From: Malacoraja senta
Lineage: Eukaryota
Direction of reading: 5' to 3'
Assembly: GCA_038087875.1 (NCBI GenBank)
Contig: CM075988.1
Location: forward strand, 24,678,001-24,742,000
Length of the DNA: 64,000 nucleotides
Part shown: positions 12,746 to 26,119 of the stretch, piece by piece
How the letters are laid out: every line of letters starts with the position of its first letter
Position numbering within the stretch: the first letter of the stretch is position 1
Translations under genes and position numbers: made by a program
The notes under the pieces: generated by a model
Database searches by the model: none
Seen by the model: the letters and a program-made list of their open reading frames with translations, nothing else
What the model was told of the DNA's origin: nothing

Positions 12746-12960
12746 ACATTGCAATCACAGCCAACATATTAAACCAAATAAAATGTTTTTCATGTGTAGT
12801 CACTGTTTAAATATAGAAGTCCTGTCAGCGAACTTCCTTTCAACACAAACAGCAATTTTAATTGATAAGAGAGTATTATTGACCAGGACACCAAGCGTCC
12901 CATCTATTTTTTTGAAAAGTACTAAGGGATCTTTTACATGTAGGTAATATTTTAGTTTTC

Positions 12961-13590
12961 TGGGCAGTACTATAGACAATACAATACCATACAATACCAT
13001 TTATTGTCATTTGAACCTCAAATGAGGTTCAAACGAAATTTGGTTTCTGCAGTCATACAAACAAGTAAAAAGAACCAAGACACAACACAATTTACACAAA
13101 CATCCATCACAGCGAATCTCCTCCTCGCTGTGATGGAAGGCAAAGTCTTATCTCTCCCCTGCACTCCCCATTCTCCTCCCGATAGACCTGCACGGGAAGG
13201 TAGACACTCCCGCCCCCACGAGTCTCGGGCAGATGGGGCTCGTCAGCCTGGGAAGGCATCTAGGAGAGGGAAAACTCTGATTTAAAACCTCCACTGCCTT
13301 GTGGCCATATCCAGTCATGGAAAGGGCTCCAGGAGTAAACCTCAAGGAAATCCGGAGTCGGAGCCCCTAAGGCAGTTTGTCATTGTCTACAACCTTGCTC
13401 TGGCATCTCCTGCGACGGCACTGGTGCCAAACTGTAATGGCCCTGCTGTTCCTTTGGATCGATCAGAGACATGGAGAGGGGGGGGGGGCGTGCTACATGG
13501 GCAACAGCCTGTCCTCCATATGACATCGCCCAGGCTTGCATCTGACCAGGATGCATCACCCATGGTCAGTCATGACCGAGGGGGGCGTAC
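12961..13590 (+). mobile_element. RTE-derived non-autonomous element with a nested antisense Rex-like 3' fragment (12978-13181)
   Basis: 16-bp TSD taatatttttagtttt (~12945-12960 and 13591-13606). RTE-5'UTR-like tctaggagagggaaaactctgattt. The nested piece is flanked by atagac on both sides. A second copy lies at 46919-47376. Confidence 0.7.
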
Positions 13591-16201
13591 TAATATTTTA
13601 GTTTTACATATCATTTAAAAGCCCTGGTGTTTCATAGGAGAGTGGACCTAAATTATCTACACAATTTTCTGAAAGGGGATATGAATAACCAACTAATTTA
13701 ACGTTGTCACACATATCACATCCCGCACACCTCCTCCCATGTTATTTTTAATCTCTGATTACTTGGTAATTTGTTCTATGTGTTGCATTTATTGCCTGTT
13801 CCTTCCTGCATCATGTCAGCCACATAATTTTGGGGTTATGAAAGGTATTTTACATCAAGCAGGAGTGAACAGTATCTTTGTCTGAGAGTATTAACAAATC
13901 TTTAAAAGAGTTCAGCATTTCTTTCTGTTTTACAGAGCCAGTTTACAAATAAGCAGATATTTTGAATTCTCTTTCCCATTTTAACCTATTCGGTTTCACA
14001 TTTGGGATTTGATCTTGTGACTCTCCATTGCCGTTCCATTCCCAGGAAACCATTTTGCTACTTTGCTCACCAACTGTTTAATCGTTAATCTTACAAAGGA
14101 GTCCCAGTAGAAGTATCACAATGCTACTTTTTCGTTTCAATCTTTTTTTCTCAGTATGGTTGAGGCAACCCACTGCGATTTAATTTGTTAAGAGCCAGAA
14201 TCCAATTGATCAGGTCATTTGCTTTTATCCCAGTAGAGGTACTCCCATTTCATTAATCTAACCTTCAACCTATTAACTTAAGTCTAACCAACTCTAATAA
14301 CAAGAAACAGGCACATGGGAATCTTCGGTTATGGAACAGATGCAACTCTAGGTGGGCGAATGACAAAATATTTATATTTTGATATGTTGTTTCTCTCAAT
14401 CTACAATTACTCTAGGCCTTTACAAAATTTATTTTTGTTCATTCAAATGGTCAGTCAATTATGTGATATAATTGGAAATTATATTTTATTCTTAATTTAA
14501 ATTTAATCTTTGGTATATTATTAAGGATTATAAATCATTTCATGTTTAGCTTAGTTTAGTAGATGGGATTAATTTGTAGATCACCCATGGTTTAACTGAA
14601 TATTAGAACAAAACTAAAAAACCTCCTCCTGCTCCCATGTTGTATCATAATTGTTTGGCATGCAGGATTATTTTGAAGGATTGAAGTCACATACACTTGG
14701 TAAAGTAAGGGCAGTAGATTTTCTTTGACAAACTACATTCATAAACCATTTTCTTTACTCACAATTCAACAACTTGTATTGTTATTTGGCTTTATAAACA
14801 AAATTGTAGCTAAATTCTCAGACTACTATTTTCTAGTTTACTAGGCCAGGCCTTTTAGCATTAACTCAGTAACATAGTAATATTAGTCCACGAGCATAAC
14901 CATAACTCACACAATTGCACTTCTGCCATTGAATTGTGGTGTTTAATATGTAATTATTAGTACAATCTAACAGGGGGGAATAGTCCAGAATGGAAAAAAA
15001 ATCTTCAATTGTCTATTGGAAAATTCAGGAGAGAGAGTAAGAGGTGTTGAGAAAGGAAAATATGTTTTGATCTCTCATGTGGGATGGCTTTTTCCAGCAT
15101 TTGGTCCAACCCCAAGTGCCTGTGAGAAGATGATGGTGAACTGCCTTCTTGGAGTGCTATTCTGCTGTCTTAGTGTTTAAGGTATTCCCACAATTCTATC
15201 AGATATGTAGGAATTTTATCCTATCCCCACAGTGTTACAAGAATATGCTGTATTTTCAACAGAATAGATTGGAGGAAAACTTGAAGTATTCCCATGCTCT
15301 TGCTACCATAGTCCTTGAAACTTGAAGTATTCCCATGCTCTTGCTACAATAGTTGCAGTAATGGGAAGAGTTGTCACAATAACTTCAACAGTGAAGTGCT
15401 GCAAAGCATTTTGTAGTTGGTTTACATTGTAGCTACTGTGATCCAGTTGTGGAAGGAATAAATATTCAGATTAATGGTTGGGTGCATAGACGCATGTTGC
15501 CAGATAGTGCCAAGCTTCTTCAATGTTGGTAGAGATATGCTCATCCAGTCAAGTCAAAGTATTCCATCACACTCTCGATATGCCTTGTGGAAAGGGTTTC
15601 AGAAATCAGGAAATGAACAACTCACTAATTTTTCAGGCTGTACTTATAGCCACAGTGTTTATACACCACTGTCATTTCTCATCAAATGTGAACCCCTGGA
15701 ATGTTGAATGTGGGGGAGTTGGCAATTTTAATGGCTTTGAAAGACATATGGGGATTATTTTACTCTCACATTTTGGAAATGCTCAAGCCTGGCACCTGGA
15801 TGTTTTTTTAAATCTATCAGCCTGTTCCTGAATTATGTTCAGGTCTTATTTTACACTTAAGGTTAGGCTACTTGATTTCTAGGGAGTTTCAAAATGATGG
15901 TGAAGCCTTTGTGATTACCCAAAGAACATCTACCATTGTGTCCCAATCTAATAAATGCAAACATCTTTCTTTGGACTAGAAAATACTATCAGAGAAAAGT
16001 ATTTTCTCTCATTTCCTTTGACTTCAATTTTAATAAAGAAAACCACACAAGATCAAAAGTCATCTGACTCTTCTTTCTCCTTGTTAGGATGAAGGATAAA
16101 GGCAGGACTTGTGCAGTCTTGGTTGACCCAAAATTTGGCCTCAGATTATTGATAAGTGAGTGCCAATTGATCATGGTCTTCTTGATACCTTCCATCATAA
16201 A

Positions 16202-18422
16202 AAACATAGAAACATAGAAAAGTAGGTGCAGGAGTAGGCCATTCGGCCCTTCGAGCCAGCACCGCAATTCAATATGATCATAGCTGATCATTTAAAATCA
16301 GCACCCTGTTCCAACTCTCTTGTAAACATCGCCTTCACTGGCCACCACTGCCTTCTGTTGCAGAAAATTCCACAGATTCACAACTCTCTGGGTGAAGGGG
16401 TTTTTCCTCATCTCAGTCTTAAATGGCCTACCCCTTATTGTTAAACTGTGACCCCTGGTTCTGGACTCCCCCAACATCGGAACCATTTTTCCTGCATCTA
16501 GCCTGTCCAATCCGTTAATTTTTTATGTTTCTATAAGAAATCCTCTCATCCTTCTAAATTCCAGTGAATACAAGCCCAGTCGACCCATTCTTCCATCATA
16601 TGTCAGTTCCGCCATCCCGGAAATTAACCTGGTGGACCTACGCTGCACTCCCTCAATAGCAATAATGTCCTTCCTCAATTTAGGAAACCAAAATTGCACA
16701 CAATACTCCAGGTGCGGTCCCACCAGGGCCCTGTACAACTGCAGTAGGACCTCCTTGCTCCTAAACTCAAATCCTCTTGCCAACATGCCATTAGCTTTCT
16801 TCACTGCCTGCTGTACCTGCATGCTTACTTTCAGTGACTGATATAAAGGAACACCCAGGTCTCGTTGCACCTCCCCTTTTCCTAATCTGACACCATTCAG
16901 ATAATAATTTGCTTTCCTGTTCAGCTATGATCATATTGAATGGTGGTGCTGGCTCGAAGGGCCGAATGGCCTACTCCTGCACCTATTTTTCTATGTTTCT
17001 ATGTTTTTTATGATGGAAGGTATCAAGAAGACCATGATCAATTGGCACTCACTTATCAAAGTGGATAACCTCACATTTATCTACATTATACTGCACCTGC
17101 CATGCATCTGCCCTCTCACCCAACCTATCCTCGTCACCCTGCAGCCTCATAGCACCCTCAGCGCAGCTCACACTGCCACCCAGCTTTGTGTCATCCACAA
17201 ACTTGGAGATGTTACATTTAATTCCCTCATCTAAATCGGTATTGTAAATAACTGGGGTCCCAGTACCGCGCCTTGCGGCACCCCACTAGTCACTGCTTGC
17301 CATTCTGAAAAGGACCCATTAATTCCTACTCTTTGCTTCCTGTCTGCCAACCAGTTCTCCATCCATCTCAATCAGGGACGTGCGGTCAGGGGAGGCAGGG
17401 GAGGCAGAGCCTCACCTGTCATACTCCAATGAAAATAGTTGTTACGAAAAGTAAAGAAAAATAATAATAAAATAAATATAAAGATTTTTCCATTGATCTG
17501 TGTTATAAATGTTATTTCTGTTAGATTCCAATCATTTTTTATAGTCAAAATCACCAAATTTGCAGAGTTTCGCTGCAAATACAGGGAGAGACGAGAGGTG
17601 AGGCAGCGACGAGCTGAGCCTCAGAGGGGAGCAACCCCTCAGAAACTGGATGGAGCGCGGGCAATAAGCGTGTGCCTGTTATTATCTGTATGTCACCAAT
17701 GTAATGTTTGTAGACCCCTTCATTACATGTCCTCGCCTTCCATAGTCCAGGTAACTTATTTCACATATGAAGACATTTAAGCTTGCTGGTCTCGTCATAA
17801 AACTGCAATGAAAAAGCACCAGGGGAGGCAGCTATCACATCTGCCTCACTGAGGGAGGCGTGTCTTGAGCCCAGTGGAGGGAGAGCGGGCGTCAATTACG
17901 TAGGCTCAGCCCACATAATTGACGCTCGCTCTCCCTCCACGTTAGCTAGCTCTAGCAAAAAAATTCCAGCGGCTGGTAAGACCATGCAATATTTATTTTC
18001 ATTTGTGTGAATGAGTATGAAGTGGAACTGCATTTTCCCTATAAAACGTGAATCGAATATGTAACTTACCTGTATGCGTGTGTTGTAAAGAATGCTGATA
18101 TGAAATATGAAACATACGGTCGCCTAACCAATAGTCATTGTGCAACCTGCCAATTGAATGGTGAATCTAAGCTACCTCTATCGGGTTCATATGTGTGTAA
18201 ATCTGGCACTGATACTAGCCAGATACTAGCCAGTGCCTCCCCAGCCATTGACCTCAATACCCTACCCTCAATACCATGCGCTCTAATTTTGCACACTAAT
18301 CTCTTGTGTGGAACCTTGTCAAAGGCTTTTTGAAAGTCCAGATACACCACATCCACTGGCTTTCCCTTATCCATTCTACTTGTTACATCCTCAAAAAAAT
18401 TCCAGAAGATTAGTCAAGCATT
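16202..18422 (-). mobile_element. CR1 LINE (RT and 3' end), interrupted by an inverted templated insert and a hAT-like element
   Basis: Peptides DVVYLDFQKAFDKVPHKRL (18135-18374) and QQAVKKANGML...HLEYCVQFW (16523-16870); (catagaaa)n tail. Confidence 0.9.
17373..18255. mobile_element. hAT-like non-autonomous element inside CR1
   Basis: Begins CAGGGACGTGCGGTCAGGGGAGGC. Right end gcctcccc..tgacc is a partial TIR. atctcaat/acctcaat flanks resemble an 8-bp TSD. Confidence 0.55.
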
Positions 18423-18498
18423 ATTTCATTTTGCTGGTGATTGAGAATAGAATGATGGGCCATTAAATGGTTGGGTGAAGTTGGCCTCCTTTTTCAAG

Positions 18499-19049
18499 TC
18501 TGAAGAAGGGTCTCGACCTGAAACGTCACCCATTCCTTCCTTCCAGAGATGCTGCCTGACCTGCTGATTTACTCCAGCATTTTGTGCCTACCTTCAATTT
18601 AAACCAGCATCTGCAGTTCTTTCATACTCCTTTTTCAAGGCAGACAGGCCAAACGCAAATTGGAGGAACAGCACCTCGTATTTCTCTTGGGCAGCTCACA
18701 ACCCAGCGGTATGAATATTGATTACTCTCTTCGAGTAACCCTTGCATTCCCTCTCATTCCGTCCCTCTCATTCTGTATAGGATGTTTTCACCAACCCCGC
18801 AGACAACAATGGGCCATTGTGGGCTCTGCCTTTCCTTGATCATCAATGCTTTTTTCATATCTTTCATTCATTGTTCTGTGTACCTTCTCTATCTCTCATT
18901 TTCCTTTCCCCTGACTCTCAGTCTAATGAAGGATCTCAAACCGAAACATCACCCATTCCTTTTCTCCAGAGATGCTGCCTGTCCTGCTGAGTTACTCCAG
19001 CTTTTTGTGTCTATCTTCGGTTTAAACCAGCATCTGCAGTTCCTTTCAA
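18499..19049 (+). mobile_element. Penelope-like (Neptune-type) fragments with hammerhead motifs
   Basis: First unit bounded by TSD ctcctttttcaag (18486-18498 and 18627-18639). Second unit encodes AKRKLEEQHLVFLLGSSQPSGMNID, resembling a GIY-YIG-region C-terminus, followed by 3' UTR and hammerhead motif. Confidence 0.75.
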
Positions 19050-19756
19050 GTCATGCCCGGCTTGAAAATGAAAGCACAAATTTTGATTGAATGTAATTCT
19101 GATGCTGTCACGGTGCTTCAAGCGATGGATTTCTACAACCATGCTAATTTTGTAACTTTAATTGTATATTTATTAAATAATTGATGTTAAATTCTCCAAC
19201 TGCAGCAGTGGGATTTGAAATCATGTTTCCGGTTTACTACTCCACTAATTCAACCACTACTATACTATTTCCCTTCAATTAATGGAGATAAACAAATCCT
19301 GTGCCTATTGTACAAAGGCTTTGCACTTTAAATACAAATTGTTCAATTTCATTAAATGAGCTTTATGTGTGTTTGTCTGGCACAGTGAAGCTGACATCTT
19401 TGCCTGGTGCAGATTGGAAGGATTTCTGTGAGAGCAAATGATTTATTGAGTCCACTAAAATCTAGTCAAGATAAAATTACTGAACCGTAAGCCTATTCCT
19501 TGCAGCCTGTGGGAATAAAGTGAAATTGCAGAGCTTCGTGCCGAGGCTAAGATTAATGAAGCCAGACACTCCATTATTACACATTGAATTTTTATATAAA
19601 AGCAGCAGGTAGAACACAACATTTATATACAGAGAAAATAATACGATTAATAGTCAGCAAGAGTGCAGCAAAGACACAGGAAATGTTAACAATGAAATCA
19701 GGATTCTGATTTTGAAGAAACTAAGGTTTTACAATCAAAGTGTATAGTTAGAATGT

Positions 19757-19997
19757 GTATAAAGGACAGCAGATGCTGGTTTAAACCACAGATAGACACA
19801 AAATGCTGGAGTAACTCAACGGGACAGGCAGCATCTCTGGAGTGAAGGAATGGGTGACGTTTCGGGTCGAGACCCTTCTTCAGACTGACTTCAGACTTCA
19901 GTCTGAAGAAGGGTCTCGACCTGAAACGTCACTCATTCCTTCTCTCCAGAAATGCTGCCTGTCCCGTTGAGTTACTCCAGCATTTTGTGTCTATCTT
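19757..19997. mobile_element. Inverted (hairpin) Penelope-like insert with two hammerhead motifs
   Basis: Arms of about 100 bp in inverted orientation; 16-bp TSD tgtatagttagaatgt at 19741-19756 and 19998-20013. Confidence 0.85.
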
Positions 19998-21743
19998 TGT
20001 ATAGTTAGAATGTTATCTGTAACTTTTATCCATGATAATGGAACGATAATCACAGTACAATCACATCTTCCAATATGGACTTGATTTTATCCTAAGCTCT
20101 ACTTCGCGCTTGAACTAAGTTCTGTTCATACTGAGAGTTATTTTCCTACACTGACCTACTCTGGCTCCTGGTTTGGCAGTACTCATCCTTGTTTTTCAGA
20201 TCCTTCCTTTAAACAATGCAAGATCTCTTTGATATTCCGGCCAGTTGAATATTTCCAGTTTTACTCACTCTATTGTGAACAAGTCTTCAGATCCATAGAC
20301 CTCACCTTTAGCTCTCTAAATCTCTCTACTATATTCCCCTCCTCCTGCTTTCGATGCACCTTCTAATTCACTGACCAATCTCTTGGTCATCCATTACACC
20401 ACTTCCTCACATGGCTCAGTGCCAAATTTGGAATCTTGAAATATTTAACTGTATTAATGGTTCTATAAAAATACAAGCACTTGCAGATGTGATATTGATC
20501 AGCCATTAAATTCCTGTCCCTGCTTACCTGTTGCTTGAGGCCCTTAAATGCCCTCTTGTTCCTTTGAGCAAATGTAATGAATGCTGGTTACTCCAGGCAT
20601 ACAACATAACCAAGAACCTTCATTCTTGGTTCCATTCTGTATTTCTCAGCGTCTTTTCAAAAATATTTTATAAAGTGTGCTTCCCAAACAAAACCCAGTA
20701 CAGCTTGGGACTTGTCAGTATTTTTTAGCCATAGAGTTCTTGCTTTATGCTCAATTTTACCTTGTACTAGTATAGTTTTAATATATTTGGTTTTTTTAAC
20801 AGCTTTCAACTCCGAACTTTTCCTTGGACAGATGTTAAAAAAGGAAATTTAATGGAGGTTCAAAATAACAAATGATTTTGATCAAGTAAATATTCAAAAA
20901 TTTTGCATATTGCAATTTATGTTCCACATTATGACAACTTGTTATCTGAAAGGTCATTGGAAGCAGATTCAATAGTAGCATTTAAAATGTAATTGGCTAA
21001 GCATCCAAAAAGAAAATAGGTTATATGGCTACAGAGAAAAAGTAGGAGAGTGAGATTAATTGTACATGGATCTCTTTACAATTGTTCCATTAGTTAATGT
21101 TGCCATAATTCAGTCTTTCAAACAAAATATAACATCTCATACTTCCATGAATCATACTTGAAAGGTCATAGTTATGGTAGTATTCTAACTGACTCCCTTA
21201 TAAAACCCTTAACAAATCCATGTTGGCCTTCTCTAAAGAATACATATTTTCCAAGTGACTCCAAATTCAGTCGCTAATTTTAATTTCTACATTGTCTATT
21301 ACTTTTGCTTCAATTTCTTCTATCAAGTAGAACTGTTGCCTCTTTGGGGTAAAACTAGTTCTGCATCTTATTTGTTTTTCAACTACTTCCTCTAATTTTC
21401 TATCATTTTACCCCCTTGTGATTTTGCCCAGTTTACCATGGGCAGCCTATTTAATGATATTGATATAAACCTAAACCTGGAATCACAGTAATTGTTTTCC
21501 TTTAGATTGAACTTGATCATATAATTTCAGTTAGAGAAATGTTCATTTTTTAATATTAACTGAACCTGCCTCATTGCTAAATTGTATATGCCCTTCTTTC
21601 TTGTTGGCTTCAGGACACATTGAGAAAAGTATCCTGAGCACACTAAAGGATCTGAATACGTTTCAGATAGGAGCTGACCATTTTAAACCCAATAATTACC
21701 ACAGTCAATGTTCTCTCTTTAAAACCATGTCATATATATTACT

Positions 21744-21918
21744 GTTTAAGAAGGAACTGCAGATGCTGGAAAATCGAAGGTAGACAAAAATGCTGGAGAA
21801 ACTCAGCGGGTGAGGCAGCATCTATGGAGCGAAGGAAATAGGCAATGTTTCGGGTCGAAACCCTTCTTCTGAAGATGCTGCCTCACCCGTTGAGTTTCTC
21901 CAGCATTTTTGTCTACCT
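21744..21918. mobile_element. Inverted Penelope-like insert
   Basis: 14-bp TSD tcatatatattact at 21730-21743 and 21919-21932. Confidence 0.8.
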
Positions 21919-21974
21919 TCATATATATTACTAATCATTTCATTTGTATAGATTACCAATCATTACATTTATAT

Positions 21975-22797
21975 AGTTTGGTTTAGTTTAGGGATACAGT
22001 GTGGAAACAGGCCCTTCAGCCCATTAAGTCCACGTTAACCAGCGATAACCCATACACTAGTTCTATCCTACACACTAGGGACAATTTACAGAAGTCAATT
22101 AATCTACAAACTGCATGTCTTTGGAATGTGGGAGGAAACCGGAGCACTCCAAAGAAAACCCATGCAGTCACAGGGAGAATGTACAAACTCTGTAGAGACA
22201 GCAACTGTAGTCAGACAGTGGTGATTCCAACACTCCTGTATGCATCAGAAACCTGGACAATATACCGAGCCATCTGAAAACACTTGAAAAGTTCCATTAA
22301 CAATGTCTTCGAAGCAGTTTAAATATCAGCTGGGAAGACAGTAGAACCAACGTCAGCATGCTGAATGAAGCAAAAACATCTAGCATCGAAGTCTTCGTCA
22401 TCAAGAACCGACTAAGATGGGTCGATCATGTTGTTCGGATGGAAGACGAGCGTCTACCAAAGCAAACCTACCCCCAGCTTAAAGAAGGCAAACGTAAAAG
22501 AGCCAGACAAAAGAAGAGATTCAAAGGTGCCTTAAAGCCACCATGATGAAATGTGAACTCGACATCGACAATTGGGAAACCAATGTCAAGGACAGGAAAC
22601 TCTGGCGAACCTGTCCTGAATGCCAAACTTTCAAAGCCAGGATTGGACTCATAAGCCACTTGAGAGTCCATAAATCCAACAGAACGTAGACCATCATCCT
22701 CGACCTCGAGGGATAGCCACGAACGAACGGGTAGTCAGGATCAAATCCAGTTTCTGGCGCCGTAAGGCAGAAACTCCACTGCTGTACCACTGTGCCA
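21975..22797 (-). mobile_element. HE1-like V-SINE interrupted by an RTE fragment
   Basis: V-domain-like sequence; tRNA-like head at ~22735-22797. Confidence 0.75.
22215..22729 (+). mobile_element. RTE-clade LINE 3' fragment
   Basis: Peptides VVIPTLLYASETWT and RLRWVDHVVRMEDERLPKQ; (acga)n tail; gtagtcag duplicated on both sides. Confidence 0.8.
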
Positions 22798-24264
22798 TTT
22801 ACAGTTATTCTAGGTGCAACTGTAATGTGGAGTAATACCTAAGTACACAAATTAGCTCCTAACCTTTGATGTTCTTCTTGACGTTACTCATAACATCTAT
22901 GTGCATTAAATTTTATCTACCATGTGAACCATTTCCCAATTCTGTTTATATCCTGAATTTTATATATTCTGCATATTTTATAGTTATAGTGTATTAATTT
23001 ATAATAAAGTCAAAGTTATTAATTTATGTCAAAAAAGCATTCTGCAGTCCTATGTTAGCATTATTTGCCTATTAATTAATGACATTGCAATTTTTAATTG
23101 CCATTAGTTAACTTTGAGATCATGTGGCATCTTGACAAAACTGAGCTTATACGTAGACAGAGAGAAATGTCACTTCTGTCACAATTGCACTGTATAATTG
23201 TCATGATGAAATGTTCTTCATGGAATCACATTGTTACGAATGTGAGATGGTGCTATGCATTTTCATTTCCCATTTTTACAATAAACACAGAGATCAATAC
23301 AATAATCAGTTGTTTTGATCACCGTTGATCCTAGATCCCGTGAACAATATTGAATATTAGTAACATACTGCATTACTGTAATGATTTATCATATAAATGT
23401 TGTAATTTGCTTCTCAGGACCACAATCAGATAACATTTAATTACAGGCCACAGACAGACATCTCAGAACAGCTGATCAAGTGGCATATTATATGGAGTTG
23501 TGGGAAGGGGTTATATGGGGAGTAGCTTAGGAAGGGAATTTCAGAGTTTAATGGCTCAGGAATGGCAGTGGTGGAGAGATGAAAAGTGGAGGGGGCACAG
23601 AGAAAATTGAAGAAAGCAGATATTGTGGAAGGTTGTAGAGCTGTAGAAGGTTACAGAAAATAGAACAACATTTAAGAGGCATGTGGACAGGAAGCTATCC
23701 ATAATAGGTGAATTTCTAGTTAGTGTGTATGCCAGCTTTGCTCACATGCAACTTTCCACTAATAGCAAGTTCAGGACCGTGTTAAAAGGATGGCATCATG
23801 CCTTTCAGTCACAAGTTTGAAGTATATTGCTGTACATGGTGCCTTTGTTGAGGGGTGTGAACAATTCCAAGATTTTGATCGTTTTCTTTATGCTCTGCAG
23901 CAAATGACAGTTCTCGGGCTTCAATTCCAAAAGATCCCTTCCAACAACAATGATGTATTGGCTAAGCAACCAATTACATCATAGAATTCTTATAATATTT
24001 TGGTTGCATTGTAAACATTTTACCAAGTACAAAGTAAAGATTGGAACCTACTCTGATTGAAGTTGGAGTTGAAACATCAAACAATCTTTAGCAATTATTT
24101 AACAATTATTTGAAAAATATTTTTAAATATTTATCGAAGGGAAGCATGTCCCATTTTATGGTAGAGAATCCACAATGCTCTAATATAGTGTTACCTATTG
24201 AGGTGCAGGGGATCAATAACAGGAGCCTCTGGATTTCCATGTTTAGCAGCATGTTCACGTGCTT

Positions 24265-24565
24265 AGTTTAGCTTAGTTTAGAGATACAGAGCGGAAACAG
24301 GTCCTTTGGCCCACCAGGTCCGCGCCGACCAGCAATCCCCGTACACTTGCACTATCCAACACACACTAAAGACAATTTACAATTTTACCGAAGCCAATTA
24401 ACCTACAAACCTGTACATGTTTGGAGTGTGGGAGGAAACTGGAGGACCCGGAGAAAACCTACGCAGGTCACTGGGAGAACATACAAACTCCGTACAGATA
24501 GCACCCGTGGCCAGGATCGAACCTGGGCCTTTGGCGCCGTGAGGCAGCAACTCTACCGCTGCGCT
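24265..24565 (-). mobile_element. HE1-like V-SINE
   Basis: B-box-like ggttcgatcc on the minus strand, V domain and CR1-like tail. Confidence 0.8.
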
Positions 24566-25535
24566 GGAAGTTGCATTGAGTTTTCCAATACACCCATGGG
24601 GAATATACTGAGCACTAAAATGTACCCCTTATGAGGTTAACCAGTGGTGCTTGCACAATCCAACAAGCTACAGCTGCTGACAGAGGGGAGAAATTAATCA
24701 ATCCTTGAAGCCATAGTGTGAGTTAAGAAGTGTATCTCAAGAAAGAGGAAGCTGATTTGATTAACCAGCTGTTGTTTACACAAGGGAAGGATGTTTATCC
24801 AGGACTAAAGCATCATCAGCTCTCTGATAGACAGCTAATCCCAGTTTGAAAATAGCAAACATCTGTAGTCGACCAGGACTGGAATATTGCTGTGTACACC
24901 GAACATCCTTTACAAACTACCTAGAGAAACAAAAAGCTGAAGGTAGCAGAATATTTAATTAAAGTGTAATTTATTTGATCTTTGTGGGGTTTTTTCTAGT
25001 GCTCAACAAGTTGAGGAAGCTGGCTGCTTAACGTAGAACATCAATGGTAAATCCTACAGGAGAAAGAAACTGATGGTAAATATTTTGACAGCTTCAGGAC
25101 AATGTAACCGATGGCCACCCTTGAGCACCTGAGGGTGATATAGCTTATGGTCAGTCTTTGGCCAATGGACCTAATGGTCCCTCTCTGGACAACATCAGGA
25201 CATGTTAACTAATGGTGAGTCTCAAGACTTCTCTACGACAGTGAAACTAATAGTGAGTTTCTTGGCAGCTCCAGAATAATTTAACGGTTAATCTAAAGAG
25301 TATTCCCAAACAAAATATTGATTAATAACTGGACACGTCCAGTTCAACATGACAATTAGTGACTGGGCAAATCCAGGACAATGCAATATTCAGTCACATT
25401 TCTCAACATTAACTCAGTTCAGAGTACTACATTTACTGAACAATCCTATTAAGTTTATCTTAAATATGTTACCATCATGAATAGCAAAAGAATAAAACTG
25501 ATTCCTTTTTGTTGCTATATGCATGGTAAATTCCT

Positions 25536-25634
25536 ATATCTGAAGAAGGGTCTCGACCCGAAATGTCACCCATTCCTTCTCTCCAGAGATGCTGCCTGTC
25601 CCGCTGAGTTACTCCAGCATTTTGTGTTTATCTT
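25536..25634 (+). mobile_element. Penelope-like mini-insert starting at the hammerhead core
   Basis: 12-bp TSD tggtaaattcct at 25524-25535 and 25635-25646. Confidence 0.8.
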
Positions 25635-26119
25635 TGGTAAATTCCTGATCAGTTTACATTGATTTAAATGTTCACCACATTAGAATATAGAAACTAATGT
25701 AATATCACCACCAAGAGTTAAATAGTTTAGTTTAGAGATACAGCATGGAAACAGGCCATTCGGCCCACCAAGTCCACGCCGACCAGCGAACCCCATACAT
25801 TAACACTATCCTACACAATCCATTAAATGTGGGTGTCAGAAACTATCTGGTCCTGAGATTTTGAATCACAATCAACATAAATTTGTACAACAATTTTGCA
25901 GCATGTGAAACTTGTAATCCATAGTGTGTTTATGAATCTATGATTCCATACCATACCATATCTGCTTTTCTGGTATTTATTGAAACTATGATTCTGGACC
26001 GTTAAAGCTGTCTAGTGGCTCTGAATCCGCCATCACGAAGTGCTCTAAGAATCTGGTGATGGTGTCCATCCAGCCTCCTAGCCAGCCTTCATCCACTGCA
26101 GTTTGCCTAGCATCGCAAC

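Noticed and set aside
18782..19090. Recurrent ORFs containing 'SRDAACPAELLQHFVS'
   Set aside because: Translations of the non-coding Penelope-like repeat, not a gene family.
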